64,000 nucleotides of DNA from Candidatus Binatia bacterium (GCA_963666515.2 OY762897.2:1792001-1856000); one strand, 5' to 3'. Positions 41,162 through 51,321 are shown, counted from the stretch's first letter. The notes: a model not told the origin generated them from the letters alone. A program made the numbers and translations.

Positions 41162-42526
41162 TCAACGCCCCGGCTGCGCCGAACGCCTGGACAGCATCCA
41201 CAGGAACGCCCCAGCCGCCACGATCATGGCGGCGCTGAGATACTGCCCCCGGGACAATCCCCAGGCAAGCCCCAGGTGGGCGTCGGGCTCGCGGAAGAAC
41301 TCCACCGCGAACCGGACGGCGCCGTAGCCGCCGATGAACGCCCAGGTGACGACGCCGTGCGTCCTTACCCGCGTTCCCAGCCACGCCAGGACAGCCAGCA
41401 GCACCGCCCCTTCGAGAAAAGCCTCGTAGAGTTGGGAGGGATGGCGCGGCAAGGGTCCGGCACCCGGGAAGACCATGCCCCACGGCATCTCCGTCGGACG
41501 GCCGTATAGTTCCCCGTTGATGAAGTTGCCCAGACGGCCGAGGCCGAGACCCAGAGGCGCTGCCGCGAAGATGCAGTCGGCCGCAGGATAGAACGGGAGC
41601 CCCTGCCTGCGGACCCACAACCAGCCCGCCAGCATCGCCCCCAGCATGCCGCCGTGAAACGACATGCCGCCCTCCCAGAAGGCAAAGACCTGCAACGGAT
41701 AGGCCAGATAGTACGGAAGGTTGTAGAAGATCACGTAACCCAGCCGGCCGCCGAGCACGACGCCGACGGCGACGTAGCTGATGAGCTCCGTCAGTTGCTC
41801 GTTGCTGATCTTGAGGCCTCTCCTGCGAGCCAGCCACCGCGCCACGAAGAACCCGCCGACGAACCCGAACAGGTACATGAGGCCGTACCAGCGCACGGCC
41901 AGCGGCCCTACCTGGAACGCGATGGGATCGATGTCGGGAAAGGTCCACGTTGCCGCGGCGGCGCCGTCCACAGCAGCCGCGTGAACCGGCGTCCCGTTCC
42001 CCAGCAGTCCGGCCACCAACTCGCGCACGTCGTCCTTGTACCAGTCCTTGTATCCGACGGCCTTGGCGATGACCTCGCCCTCGCGCCCGATCAGCACGGT
42101 CACGGGCAAGCGCATCACGCCGTAGCTCTGGGCGATCTCCGCGCGGCCGTCCAGCAGCATCGGGTAGGTCAGCTTCTGTTCCGCGGCGAAGGCGCGCACC
42201 AGCTCCCCCGATTCCATGAAGTTGACGGCCACCACCTCCAGCCCCTTTCCGCGGAACTCCCGGTACAGCCGCTCCATGGACGGCATCTCCAGGCGGCACG
42301 GCGGACACCAGGTGGCCCAGAAATTCAGCACCACCAGCTTGCCGCGGAAGGACTTGAGGTCGACGGGGTTTCCGGCCGCATCCCGGGTGGCGAACGCGGG
42401 AGATTCCACGAAGCCTTCCTGGACGATGAAGCCGAGCTTTCTGAGGCGGTCGTCCTCCACTGCGCCCGAGGCCGCGGTGGGCAGGCAGAAGGCCGCGAAC
42501 AGGAAGGTAAACAACCAGTGCTTCAT
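41162..42526 (-). CDS. lgt: TlpA/ResA-like thiol-disulfide oxidoreductase fused to prolipoprotein diacylglyceryl transferase
   Basis: Signal peptide, NFWATWCPPCRLEMP, Ala-rich linker, then IDPIAF...RWYGLMY, GGRLGY, GGMSFHGG, GRLGNFINGEL and HPSQLYE in one frame. Confidence 0.9.
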   Translation of the reverse strand: MKHWLFTFLFAAFCLPTAASGAVEDDRLRKLGFIVQEGFVESPAFATRDAAGNPVDLKSFRGKLVVLNFWATWCPPCRLEMPSMERLYREFRGKGLEVVAVNFMESGELVRAFAAEQKLTYPMLLDGRAEIAQSYGVMRLPVTVLIGREGEVIAKAVGYKDWYKDDVRELVAGLLGNGTPVHAAAVDGAAAATWTFPDIDPIAFQVGPLAVRWYGLMYLFGFVGGFFVARWLARRRGLKISNEQLTELISYVAVGVVLGGRLGYVIFYNLPYYLAYPLQVFAFWEGGMSFHGGMLGAMLAGWLWVRRQGLPFYPAADCIFAAAPLGLGLGRLGNFINGELYGRPTEMPWGMVFPGAGPLPRHPSQLYEAFLEGAVLLAVLAWLGTRVRTHGVVTWAFIGGYGAVRFAVEFFREPDAHLGLAWGLSRGQYLSAAMIVAAGAFLWMLSRRSAQPGR

Positions 42527-42537
42527 GGGCCTGCGAG

Positions 42538-43581
42538 CTATGGGGCGGACCGGCCCGGTCCCAGAGCGAGCCCCCCTTCCCCGCCGGCGGCGTTGGCCGC
42601 GTCGTCCTCGGCAATCAGCCGGCGGGCGATCAGCACCAGGATCGGGACGATGTACATGTGCCCGCTGACCCACATGATGCCGCCGCCCAGGGCTTGGTCC
42701 TGGATCGGGGTCAGTTTCTCGATCATCGGGACCGCGGCATAGAACGGGTACAGCACGCGCTCGGGCAACGAGATGGCCATGCCGAGCAGCGTGTTCTGGA
42801 GCGTCGCGGCCACCAAGTAGACGATTCTCGCCCCCAGCGGGCGGGTGTGGCGGTAGAGCGGCGCCGCGTTGACGACGGGCCACCAGAAAAGCACCGCGGT
42901 GCCGAAGAACAGCCAGTGCTCCAGGTCATGGAGCCACCAGTATTCCAGCGCCGCCTGGTACAGGGCCGGGTGGTGCCAGGCCCAGAGATTCGCCACGTAG
43001 AGCGCCCAGGCCACCGGCATGAGCGTCAACGCGGACAACACGGACCGCAACAGGGCGCCCTCGCGAAACAACCCCGCGAAGCGCTCCCGGAGGCCGGCCG
43101 GGAGTCCCCAGACCACCGCCGCGAAGGGGTTGGCCAGGAGAATTGCCAGGGGTGCGATCATCAGCAGCAGGATGTGCTGCACCATGTGCATGCTGAGGTG
43201 CTCGGCGGCGAGACGGTCCACCGGCGAGACCAGGGCGGTGAAGAGCGCGGCGATGCCGGCGAGGTAGAGCGCCAGCCCGGACAGGGTGGCTGCGCCGTCC
43301 GCCTGCCGGCGCAGCCGCGACCAGCCTGTGAGATAGAGGGCCGCGGCCAGCAGCAGCACCAGCAGGATGTCCGCGCGGAAGTTCCAGGGGATCATCCCGA
43401 ACACCAGGACCAGCGCGTCGAACGGCAACGGCTCGTGCGCCGCGCCGCCGTGGGCATGGAGCGGTTGCGGCAGGGACGCCGCCGCCAGCGTCAGGCCGGC
43501 GGCCGTCCACGCAACCGGGCCCGGCGACCTCGACGCAGCCGACCCGGGATGACGCCAGGGCGTGTGCGCCCCGGGCCTCAT
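42538..43581 (-). CDS. ctaG: Cytochrome c oxidase assembly protein, CtaG (caa3-type) family
   Basis: SMHMVQH, WAWHHP, HDLEH, DQALGGGIMW; ATGA overlap. Confidence 0.85.
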   Translation of the reverse strand: MRPGAHTPWRHPGSAASRSPGPVAWTAAGLTLAAASLPQPLHAHGGAAHEPLPFDALVLVFGMIPWNFRADILLVLLLAAALYLTGWSRLRRQADGAATLSGLALYLAGIAALFTALVSPVDRLAAEHLSMHMVQHILLLMIAPLAILLANPFAAVVWGLPAGLRERFAGLFREGALLRSVLSALTLMPVAWALYVANLWAWHHPALYQAALEYWWLHDLEHWLFFGTAVLFWWPVVNAAPLYRHTRPLGARIVYLVAATLQNTLLGMAISLPERVLYPFYAAVPMIEKLTPIQDQALGGGIMWVSGHMYIVPILVLIARRLIAEDDAANAAGGEGGLALGPGRSAP

Positions 43582-43943
43582 GATACCCTCCACAGGATGA
43601 ACCCCCAGGAAGGCATCAGCGCCACCGTGCCGAGGAACCAGTACACGGCGGCGGGCGCGGTCGCAGGCCGCGCCTTGAGCCATCTCACGCAGAATTCGGT
43701 GACGATCACGCCCAGGAGTCCGCCCGCGGTGGAGAGCGCGAGAAGGACCTTCATGCCCTTGTCCGGATTCTCCCCGGAGATGCCTCCCAGCAACACCATC
43801 AGGGCGATGATCCAGGCCGGCGCCGCGGCCGCCAGGCCCGCGAGCCAGTACCGCTCGGGCTTGCCGAGCCGGTCCCGGAAGCACGCCGATGCCAGCCCCC
43901 CGCCCACAACGCCGATTATTCCGACCCAGATGGATAGCGTCAC
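43578..43943 (-). CDS. Small membrane protein
   Basis: Four hydrophobic segments; coupled to ctaG. Confidence 0.65.
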   Translation of the reverse strand: MTLSIWVGIIGVVGGGLASACFRDRLGKPERYWLAGLAAAAPAWIIALMVLLGGISGENPDKGMKVLLALSTAGGLLGVIVTEFCVRWLKARPATAPAAVYWFLGTVALMPSWGFILWRVS

Positions 43944-44107
43944 CGCCGTTGACCCTCTTCTCGCCGCGCGGGCGGGCTCGAAACCCGCCCTCCCTCATCG
44001 AAATCTAACAGCCCGGACCGTGACTTGAAAGCATGACGGCCGGGCCCCGGCCGCCGGGCCTTGCCGATCATGCCCCTCTCCGCGTAAGACAGGACGACGA
44101 GGCCGGC

Positions 44108-45361
44108 ATGCGCTTTTCCCTCACCTCTCTGTTCGACCTGGGCGAGCTTCCCGCGGATCTCCGACGCTCGCTCTGGCTCGTCTACGCCTCCAGCCTCATG
44201 GTGATCATGGGGACCAACCTGGTCCAGCAGGTGCTGCCGGCCATGACCGAACCCCTGGGCGTCACCGACGCGCGGATCGGGCTGGTGATCGCCGTCTACA
44301 CCGCGCCCGCCATCGTGCTGGCGCCGCTGCTGGGCGTCGCCGCCGACCGCTACGGCCGGAGGCCGCTGTTGATCGGCGGCCTGGTCCTGTTCGGCGCGGC
44401 CGGCGCCGCGGTAGCCGCCGCCCCGGACTTCCAATGGGTGCTGGTGTTGCGCGCCGTTCAGGGCATCGGCTTCAGCGCCGTCATCCCGCTCACCATCGTG
44501 CTCATCGGCGACCTGCTGGAGGGCCGGCGGGAGGTGTCCGGACAGGGGCTCAAGGTGTTCATCGACCGGGTGGGCGAACTCGTGCTGCCGCCCCTGGGCG
44601 GCGCCCTGGCCCTGATCGGATGGCGCTGGCCGTTCGTCACCTATGCCGTCGCCGTCCCGCTGGGGGTGCTGGTCGCCCTGTGGATGCCGGAGACCCGGGG
44701 AACGGCTGCGTTCTCCGCGGGCCAGTACTTCAAGGACCTGGCCCGGGTGGTGCGGAACCCGCGCCTGCTGCTGGCGTTCGCCGCCGGCTTCCTGCGCTTC
44801 TTCCTGGACTACGCGTTCTTCACCTACCTGCCGCTGTTCCTGGTCCGGAGCCACGGCCTGTCCACCGCGGGCGCGGGACTGCTGCGGTCCTTCCACGCCC
44901 TGGGCGCCATGGTCACGTCGAGCCAGGCGGGCCGTTTGGCAGGCGCCTGGGACAAGGGGAACCTGGTGCTGTGCGCCTTCCTCGCCAGCGGGCTCGCGCT
45001 CCTGGCCGTGGCGTTTGCGCCGGACACGGGGACCATGGTTCCGGTGCTGCTGCTTTACGGGATCGCCAACGGCGTGATCTCTCCGATGCAGAAGAGCCTG
45101 TTGACGCAGAACGCGCCCCTGGAGGTGCGGGCCGGCATCATTTCCCTGGACCGCCTGAGCCAGCAGATCGCCAAGACCGCCGGGGTCACCGGCATCGGCC
45201 TGCTGCTGGGGGTGGCGGAGATCTCCACCCTGTTCTGGATCATGGCCCTGCTGTCGTTCGTGAGCGTCGGCCTGATGGCCCCGCTGGCCTGGAGCGGGAG
45301 GGACCGGAGCGGCGGCCCTGACGCGGGGACGCCCGTTGAAGTGCGGCCGGACCCGTCGTAG
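44108..45361 (+). CDS. MFS transporter
   Basis: GVAADRYGRR and RAVQGIG motifs. Confidence 0.88.
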   Translation: MRFSLTSLFDLGELPADLRRSLWLVYASSLMVIMGTNLVQQVLPAMTEPLGVTDARIGLVIAVYTAPAIVLAPLLGVAADRYGRRPLLIGGLVLFGAAGAAVAAAPDFQWVLVLRAVQGIGFSAVIPLTIVLIGDLLEGRREVSGQGLKVFIDRVGELVLPPLGGALALIGWRWPFVTYAVAVPLGVLVALWMPETRGTAAFSAGQYFKDLARVVRNPRLLLAFAAGFLRFFLDYAFFTYLPLFLVRSHGLSTAGAGLLRSFHALGAMVTSSQAGRLAGAWDKGNLVLCAFLASGLALLAVAFAPDTGTMVPVLLLYGIANGVISPMQKSLLTQNAPLEVRAGIISLDRLSQQIAKTAGVTGIGLLLGVAEISTLFWIMALLSFVSVGLMAPLAWSGRDRSGGPDAGTPVEVRPDPS

Positions 45362-45394
45362 ACTCACTGTCCGTCAGCCACAGGAGGAACGCCC

Positions 45395-45787
45395 ATGCCC
45401 AGGTACACCCGGGACCACATCCATCTCCGGAGCCGGGACCCCGAAGCCGCCGTTCGGTACTACCACGAGATGTTCGGCGCCGAAGTCGTCGAGACCACCC
45501 AGACCGACGGACGCCCGCGGATCGACATCGACGGCCTGACCATCTGCATCGCCCAGGCGCTGCCGGAGCAGGACCTCCCGCACGCGCCGGACCGGCGCTA
45601 CATCGGCCTCGACCACTTCGGGCTGCAGGTGGACGATCTCGACGAGGCCGCGGCGGACCTGCGGAGGCGGGGCGCCGAGTTCATCTCCGAGCCGCGGCTG
45701 CTCCGCCCCGGCTTGAAGATCGCCTTCGTGCGCGCCCCGGACGACGTCCGCATCGAGATCCTCGAAAGGAAGAACAACGCCACGTAG
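45395..45787 (+). CDS. VOC/glyoxalase family protein
   Basis: DHIHL, GLDHFGLQVDD, APDDVRIE; AGGAGG RBS. Confidence 0.88.
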   Translation: MPRYTRDHIHLRSRDPEAAVRYYHEMFGAEVVETTQTDGRPRIDIDGLTICIAQALPEQDLPHAPDRRYIGLDHFGLQVDDLDEAAADLRRRGAEFISEPRLLRPGLKIAFVRAPDDVRIEILERKNNAT

Positions 45788-45810
45788 GCGTCCTTCGACT
45801 CCGCTTCGCT
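45787..45810. repeat. Short interspersed repeat GGCGTCCTTCGACTCCGCTTCGCT
   Basis: 22/24 match to the reverse complement of 57581-57604. Confidence 0.65.
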
Positions 45811-46897
45811 ACGCCTCCCGGTACTCGGCGCCGTCGATGGGAAGCTCGGTACCGAGCCCCTTCTCCCTCGCGCGCTGGTGGAGCAGCTCGCCGATGGCCT
45901 GGTCGCCCACGCCCCAGAAGGCGTTGTTCTTGTAGAAGCTGATCTGCTCCTCCGAGGTCCGGCCCGGCACCTGCCCGGCCAGCACCTCGCCCAGGTCCCA
46001 CACGTCGTCCCAGGTGATGACCCCTTGCTGGACCGGGTCCCACAACACCCCGGGCTCGTCCAGGATCTCCTGGCGCTTGGAGTTGCAGACGATGATGTCG
46101 CAGCGCCGGAGCGTCTCGTCGTCCACCTCGCGCCGCTTCTGCTGGATGAAGCCGCCGCGCATGAGGCCGATGTTGCTGGAGACGATGGAGCACAGGTGCA
46201 CGCCGGGCTCCAGCCAGTCGCCCTCGAAGGTGGGCACGTTGGAGTTGGTCACGGAAAGCAGGATGTCCACCCCCTGAACCGCCTCGCGGTTCGTCGTCAC
46301 CGGGCGCACTTCCATGTCCAGCAGCTCGGTCATCTTGGCGGCGAACTTCGTGCGGTTCTCAGGGTTCGGGCTGTAGACCTTGGCCTCCTCGACGCCGGGA
46401 ACCACCGCCTTGGTCGCGAGCAACTGGCACTCCGCCTGCGCCCGGGAGCCGAGTACCCCCACCACCTTGGAGGTCTGGCGCGCCAGGTGCTTGATGCCCA
46501 CCGCGGTGGAGCACGCCGTCTGCACGTTGACCACGTTGTTGGCGTCGGGCAGCTCCTTGACCCGCACCTCGCCCACGGTGATGCACTTCAACTCGGCGTT
46601 GTTGCCGTCGAACATCACCCGCACCGGGCGCCCCCGGGTCTGGTAGGTCTGGATGCCGTTGTCGTGGATCATCACGTGCTCGCAGTGGGTGAGTATCCCC
46701 GTGACCCCCGCGGAATTGGGCGCCCCCTGGTGCACCGTGACACGAGCGTTGGCGACCGAGTGCACGCGGCGCCTCAGCGCGCCCAGCTCACGGTTCCGGG
46801 CCCAGTCCAGGTAGCCCCGCTCCATGGCGTCCACCGCCTCCTTCATGGTGATGAGCCCGGCCATGTCCTCCGGGCCCAGCAAGAGTACCGATGCCAT
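45809..46897 (-). CDS. Ornithine cyclodeaminase/mu-crystallin family protein
   Basis: GVLGSRAQA, VYSPNPE, WLEPGVH, GRTSEEQISFYKN; GGAGG RBS. Confidence 0.85.
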   Translation of the reverse strand: MASVLLLGPEDMAGLITMKEAVDAMERGYLDWARNRELGALRRRVHSVANARVTVHQGAPNSAGVTGILTHCEHVMIHDNGIQTYQTRGRPVRVMFDGNNAELKCITVGEVRVKELPDANNVVNVQTACSTAVGIKHLARQTSKVVGVLGSRAQAECQLLATKAVVPGVEEAKVYSPNPENRTKFAAKMTELLDMEVRPVTTNREAVQGVDILLSVTNSNVPTFEGDWLEPGVHLCSIVSSNIGLMRGGFIQQKRREVDDETLRRCDIIVCNSKRQEILDEPGVLWDPVQQGVITWDDVWDLGEVLAGQVPGRTSEEQISFYKNNAFWGVGDQAIGELLHQRAREKGLGTELPIDGAEYREA

Positions 46898-46935
46898 TGA
46901 CAACCTCCCTGGCGTTCGTTCGTATCCCTGCGCCA

Positions 46936-48132
46936 TCAGTTGAGCGGCGCAACTCTCCGTTTCAATAGCAGATAAAGCCTTCCCGTGCTTTTCATGTACC
47001 CCGCCTGCGCTCCCGCCTCGTCCCCCGTCCCGAAATAGAGATCCACCCGCGCCGAACCCCGGATGGCGGCGCCGGTGTCCTGGTTGAGGACGAAGCGGCC
47101 GAACGGCCGCAAGCCCGCCAGCTCGCCCTGCTCGCCCACCACCGGCGTCCGGGTCTCGACGAACAGCAGCGCGCCCTTGGGGTAGACGCGGTGATCGGTG
47201 GCGGCGGAGCGTCCAGCCGTGAGCGGCACCCCAAGGCTCCCCAACGGCCCCTTCTCTCCCAGCCGGAAGAAGATGTAGCGCTCGTTGCGCGCGAACAGCG
47301 CCTCGCGCTCGCCCGGAAACTCCGCGAGCCAGGCGCGGATCCGCTGCATCGACATGGTCTCCCGGTCGAGCTTGCCCTGGTCGATGAGGACCTTGCCGAT
47401 GCTGGTGTAGCGCCGGCCGTTGTGGGCCGCGTAGTTCAGCGGCACCTCCCGCCCGTCGGTCATCCGCAGCAGTCCCGATCCCTGGACGTGGAGAAAGAAA
47501 CGGTCCACCGGATCCCGCAACCACGCGATCTCGTAACCCCTGCCCCTGAGGCTGTCCAGGACGTCGATGTCACGGCGGGAATACCCGGCGGCCTTCCTGG
47601 CCCGGCCGCGCAACTCGTCGGGCTCGCGATACACGGGATAGCGGTAGTCCGCGGTTTCCACCGGGCTGGCGTCGATCACCGGCTGGTAGTAGCCGGTGAA
47701 CAGCACGTCGTCCAACGCCGCGCTCCTCGGCGCGGGAAAGAAATCGAACCGCTCCGCCACCCGACGCGGCCAGCTCCCGTCCGGCTCCGGCGGCTCGTCC
47801 AGGAGCGCCAGGAACTCGGTGAGGGAGGCCCGGACGTCTGCCGCCGTCACCCTTCGGGGCCACTTGCCCAGGAGCCGGCCGCCGGGAACGGCGTCGAGGA
47901 ACCTCAGGCTCTCCGCCACCGCCGCCCGCAACGACTTGATCTCCAGGTCGTCACGAACCTCGCCGGGCGGTTCGGGATGTGTGTACGGCGCGGACGGCGC
48001 CGGCGGCTGCACCGGCTGGCAAGCGCCGAGCAGCGCCACAGCAAACGCTGCGACCAGCACGCGCCACCGCGGCCGGCCACGCGCGTGCCCGCGTGGAACG
48101 GCGGTCGTAAGTGAACGGAAACGGACCGGCAT
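46936..48132 (-). CDS. mltA: Membrane-bound lytic murein transglycosylase A
   Basis: Lipobox LLGAC; FTGYYQP, FFLHVQGSG, DTGAAIRG...DLYFG. Confidence 0.9.
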   Translation of the reverse strand: MPVRFRSLTTAVPRGHARGRPRWRVLVAAFAVALLGACQPVQPPAPSAPYTHPEPPGEVRDDLEIKSLRAAVAESLRFLDAVPGGRLLGKWPRRVTAADVRASLTEFLALLDEPPEPDGSWPRRVAERFDFFPAPRSAALDDVLFTGYYQPVIDASPVETADYRYPVYREPDELRGRARKAAGYSRRDIDVLDSLRGRGYEIAWLRDPVDRFFLHVQGSGLLRMTDGREVPLNYAAHNGRRYTSIGKVLIDQGKLDRETMSMQRIRAWLAEFPGEREALFARNERYIFFRLGEKGPLGSLGVPLTAGRSAATDHRVYPKGALLFVETRTPVVGEQGELAGLRPFGRFVLNQDTGAAIRGSARVDLYFGTGDEAGAQAGYMKSTGRLYLLLKRRVAPLN

Positions 48133-48180
48133 ACGGTCAAGACGAGTCCCGGCCTGCACCACGCGGCCGGGTACGAGCCG

Positions 48181-49269
48181 CTAATCCCTGATGTCCTGGG
48201 TGAACCACTCGGTGGGCAGCTCGCGGCCCATCCCCTTCTCTTTGGCCATCTGGTAAACCCGGCCGGCGCAGGCCGCGAACTGGAGCCCCTGGGTGCCGGC
48301 GTTGATGAAGAAGGTGGTCTGGTCGGGGCTCGTGCGGCCCGGCTTGCGGCCGGCCTTCACGTCCATGAAATAGTGGAAGTAGTCGCCGGAATAGGCGTCC
48401 TGCGAGGGGTTCGGGATGCGCGCGATCTCCTCGGGCTGTCCGGCCACGTAGCCCACGTTCCCGTGGAGCCGCACCATGCCCTCGTCCATGGTCAGCACGG
48501 TGTTCCGCCCGAGCATGACGGAGACGTCGCAGGCCTCCACCGCGCGAGGGCCGATCTCGCAGGAACGCACGCAGGTGATGTGGGCGCCGGGCTTGAGCCA
48601 CTCGGGGTTGTCGAACACCACGCGGGTGGAGTCCGTGCAGGCGGAGACGATGTCGGCGCCGCGCACCACGTCCTCGGGAGAGTCCACCGCCGTCACCTTG
48701 AGGCCCAGGGTCTCGCTCATCTCCGCGGCGTAGGCCTCGCGGTTGGCTTTGGTGGGGCTGTACGCCCTTACTTCCTCGATGTTCCGCACCTCGTTGAACG
48801 CCATGAGATAGGTCCGCGCCATGCCCCCGGAGCCGAACATGCCCACCACCGAGGCATCCTCCCGCGCCAGCTCCTTGGCGCCCAGCCCGGCGCAGCCCCC
48901 TACCCGCATGTGCTGGAGCACGCCGTCGTTGATGATGGCCAGGGGCTCGCCGTTGGCGACGCTGAACACCATGATGAGCCCGCAGTAGTTGCCGGGCTCC
49001 ATGCAGTACTTCTCCTCGGTGCCGCCCTCGGGCCAGTGGACCACGTCCGACTTCATGCGGATGGCGAACGTGCCGATGGTGCGGCTGGCCCCTTCCATGG
49101 TGCCCCAGCGGTAGTAGCCGTCCGGACGCCCGCAGGGAAACCATACGTCGAGCCGCGGCCGGTACACCGCGTCGTTGCGGGCGAGATCCTCATAGCCCGT
49201 CTCCAGCGCGTCGAGACAGGCCTTCATGTCCATCAGCTCTTCCACTTCCTGGTTGTTGATGAGCAGCAT
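48181..49269 (-). CDS. Ornithine cyclodeaminase/mu-crystallin family protein (second paralog)
   Basis: MRVGG, GMFGSGGMA, WLKPGAH, GRTSPDQTTFF, GLQFAA. Confidence 0.85.
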   Translation of the reverse strand: MLLINNQEVEELMDMKACLDALETGYEDLARNDAVYRPRLDVWFPCGRPDGYYRWGTMEGASRTIGTFAIRMKSDVVHWPEGGTEEKYCMEPGNYCGLIMVFSVANGEPLAIINDGVLQHMRVGGCAGLGAKELAREDASVVGMFGSGGMARTYLMAFNEVRNIEEVRAYSPTKANREAYAAEMSETLGLKVTAVDSPEDVVRGADIVSACTDSTRVVFDNPEWLKPGAHITCVRSCEIGPRAVEACDVSVMLGRNTVLTMDEGMVRLHGNVGYVAGQPEEIARIPNPSQDAYSGDYFHYFMDVKAGRKPGRTSPDQTTFFINAGTQGLQFAACAGRVYQMAKEKGMGRELPTEWFTQDIRD

Positions 49270-49374
49270 GCGTGTTCCTTTCAGTCGATGAATCAGGGCG
49301 GGCCTCAAGTTCCTATACGATGAAGCCCTCTTTGAAAAGCGCCGCCGGGCCTTTGCGGAGCGCCCGGCGGGGGG

Positions 49375-49803
49375 TCAAACGTCGGGTGTCACGTCGAACC
49401 CGAGCGCAATGCCGTTTCCGCGGACACGGTCGTCCAGCGACAGCAGGGAAAGCTCCGCCACGAGGCTGCGGGCCAGCAACGCCGTCGACAGGTGAATGGC
49501 GTCGAGGGACCGTACGGGTTCCCGAGGAAACGCCCGCCGCGAGCGCGCCACGACTTCGCTGTCGATGGAAAGCACCACCCAATGGTCCGCGGCCGCATCC
49601 AGGAGCGCCCGCCGTCTGGCTGCCTCGGCCTCGCCATCGTCTCCCAGAGCCGCCGCCCGCAAGAGGACGCGATCGCATTCGATCAACGTCAGTTCAGACG
49701 TGAGAACGAGGTCCGCGGCGGCGATTTCCCGTCTGGTCCGTCCGCCGCGGTCCTCTCCGAGCAACCACGCCAGGACGGCGCTGGACTCGGCATAGAGGTT
49801 CAC
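49375..49803 (-). CDS. vapC: VapC/PIN-domain toxin
   Basis: YAESSA, RSLDAIHL, LSLDDR; GTGA overlap with the antitoxin. Confidence 0.85.
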   Translation of the reverse strand: MNLYAESSAVLAWLLGEDRGGRTRREIAAADLVLTSELTLIECDRVLLRAAALGDDGEAEAARRRALLDAAADHWVVLSIDSEVVARSRRAFPREPVRSLDAIHLSTALLARSLVAELSLLSLDDRVRGNGIALGFDVTPDV

Positions 49804-50090
49804 TTCTCTCCCCGGGTCTCGTCCAGCAGCCGCTTGCCCGAACCCGGCGGCAGGAACGGCTTCACGGATGGATACAGGACATCCCGGTTGGGAGCACCGA
49901 TGCGCGCCCGGCCCGCCCGCGCATGGCGCACGAGACCCGGGTAGGCGGCGGTTCCCGGTACGTTCACCGGCTGGCGCAACTCGGCCACAACCTCACCCCT
50001 ATCCGTGACCAGAATCTCCTCGCCGCCGCGAACCATCTGGAGATGCTCGCTCAAGCGGTTCTTCAGTTCGCGAATTCCAACCGTTCTCAT
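49800..50090 (-). CDS. Phd/YefM family antitoxin
   Basis: MRTVGIRELKNRLSE...GEEILVTDRG. Confidence 0.9.
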   Translation of the reverse strand: MRTVGIRELKNRLSEHLQMVRGGEEILVTDRGEVVAELRQPVNVPGTAAYPGLVRHARAGRARIGAPNRDVLYPSVKPFLPPGSGKRLLDETRGEK

Positions 50091-50098
50091 GAAACCTA

Positions 50099-50118
50099 TG
50101 TAGCCTCACGTAGCTACA
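50099..50118. promoter_or_regulatory. Candidate TA operator (inverted repeat TGTAGC-N8-GCTACA)
   Basis: Inverted repeat directly upstream of the antitoxin start. Confidence 0.5.
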
Positions 50119-50208
50119 AGCGCAAGAGCCGATGCGCTGACGGTGGGTTTTCATCGCTCGTGTATCGTGCCACGGTGTAGAAGATTGTCGCCCGCGGAGC
50201 ATGGACCC

Positions 50209-51321
50209 ATGGACGCCGACATCCTCGCCAAGCAGAAAACCGCCATGGAGCAGCAGGGCCTCGACGCCCTCGTCGCCGGCTCGCCTGAGAACTTGGCTTA
50301 CACCACGGGCTTCGTGGTGCCGTCCCAGCTCCTCATGCGCTGGCGCCACGCCATGTGCATCGTCGAGCGGTCCGGCCGCACGACCATGGTGGCCATCGAC
50401 ATGGAGGAGACCACGGTCAAGGCCCACGCCTCCTTCGACGACATCCGGGTATACCGGGAGTTCACGGACGATCCCATGCGGGAGGTGGCCGCGGCCCTGG
50501 AGGACCGGGGCCTGGCCGGGGCCAGAGTCGGCGTGGAGATGGACTATCTTCCGGCCGGCGACTTCGCGACCCTCCGGGGTCTGCTGCCCAAGACCGACTT
50601 CGTGGCCGCCGACGATATCTTCGGCAGGCTCCGGCAGGTCAAGACCGCGCGGGAGATCGAGCTGCTGCGCTCCCTGAGCCGAATCACCGACTCGGCCATC
50701 GGCGGGACCCTGACGCACGCCCGCCCGGGCATGACCGAACTGGAGATGGCGGGCGAGCTGACCGGGCGGATTTTCGCCGGCGGAGCACAGCACTTCAAGC
50801 TCATGATCATCGCCTCCGGCGAGCGCAGCCAGTTCCCCAACGTCGGTCCCACGGACCGGACGCTCCGGCAAGGCGACCTGATCCGCATGGAGATATTCGG
50901 CGTCCTGGACGGCTACCACGCCGGGGTCTGCCGCACCGCGGTGGTGGGCGAGCCGACCGCGGAGCAGGCGCGCATCTGGGACAACCTGATCGAGTGCAAG
51001 CACTTGGTCATGGACCTCATCAAGCCCGGCGCCCACGCCAAGGAAGTGTACCGCCGGTTCCTGGAGAAGTTCGACGAGCTGGGCCTGGAGCCCATCAGCT
51101 TCGTGGGGCACGGCATCGGCGTGTTCCTGCACGAGGAGCCCTACCTGGGGCGGTACGGCGAGGAGGTGCTGGAGGAAGGCATGGTGGTGGCCATCGAGCC
51201 GCTGGTCTACATCCCCGGCCGCATGGGGCTTCAGAACAAGGACATGCTGCTGGTGACCCGGGACGGCTGCGAGCTGCTGTCGGACGCCACCGACACGGAC
51301 AAGCTGATCCGTATCGGTTAG
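50209..51321 (+). CDS. M24 (Xaa-Pro peptidase/creatinase) family hydrolase
   Basis: RQVKTAREI, GHGIG...HEEP, AIEP; several metal ligands are non-canonical. Confidence 0.85.
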   Translation: MDADILAKQKTAMEQQGLDALVAGSPENLAYTTGFVVPSQLLMRWRHAMCIVERSGRTTMVAIDMEETTVKAHASFDDIRVYREFTDDPMREVAAALEDRGLAGARVGVEMDYLPAGDFATLRGLLPKTDFVAADDIFGRLRQVKTAREIELLRSLSRITDSAIGGTLTHARPGMTELEMAGELTGRIFAGGAQHFKLMIIASGERSQFPNVGPTDRTLRQGDLIRMEIFGVLDGYHAGVCRTAVVGEPTAEQARIWDNLIECKHLVMDLIKPGAHAKEVYRRFLEKFDELGLEPISFVGHGIGVFLHEEPYLGRYGEEVLEEGMVVAIEPLVYIPGRMGLQNKDMLLVTRDGCELLSDATDTDKLIRIG

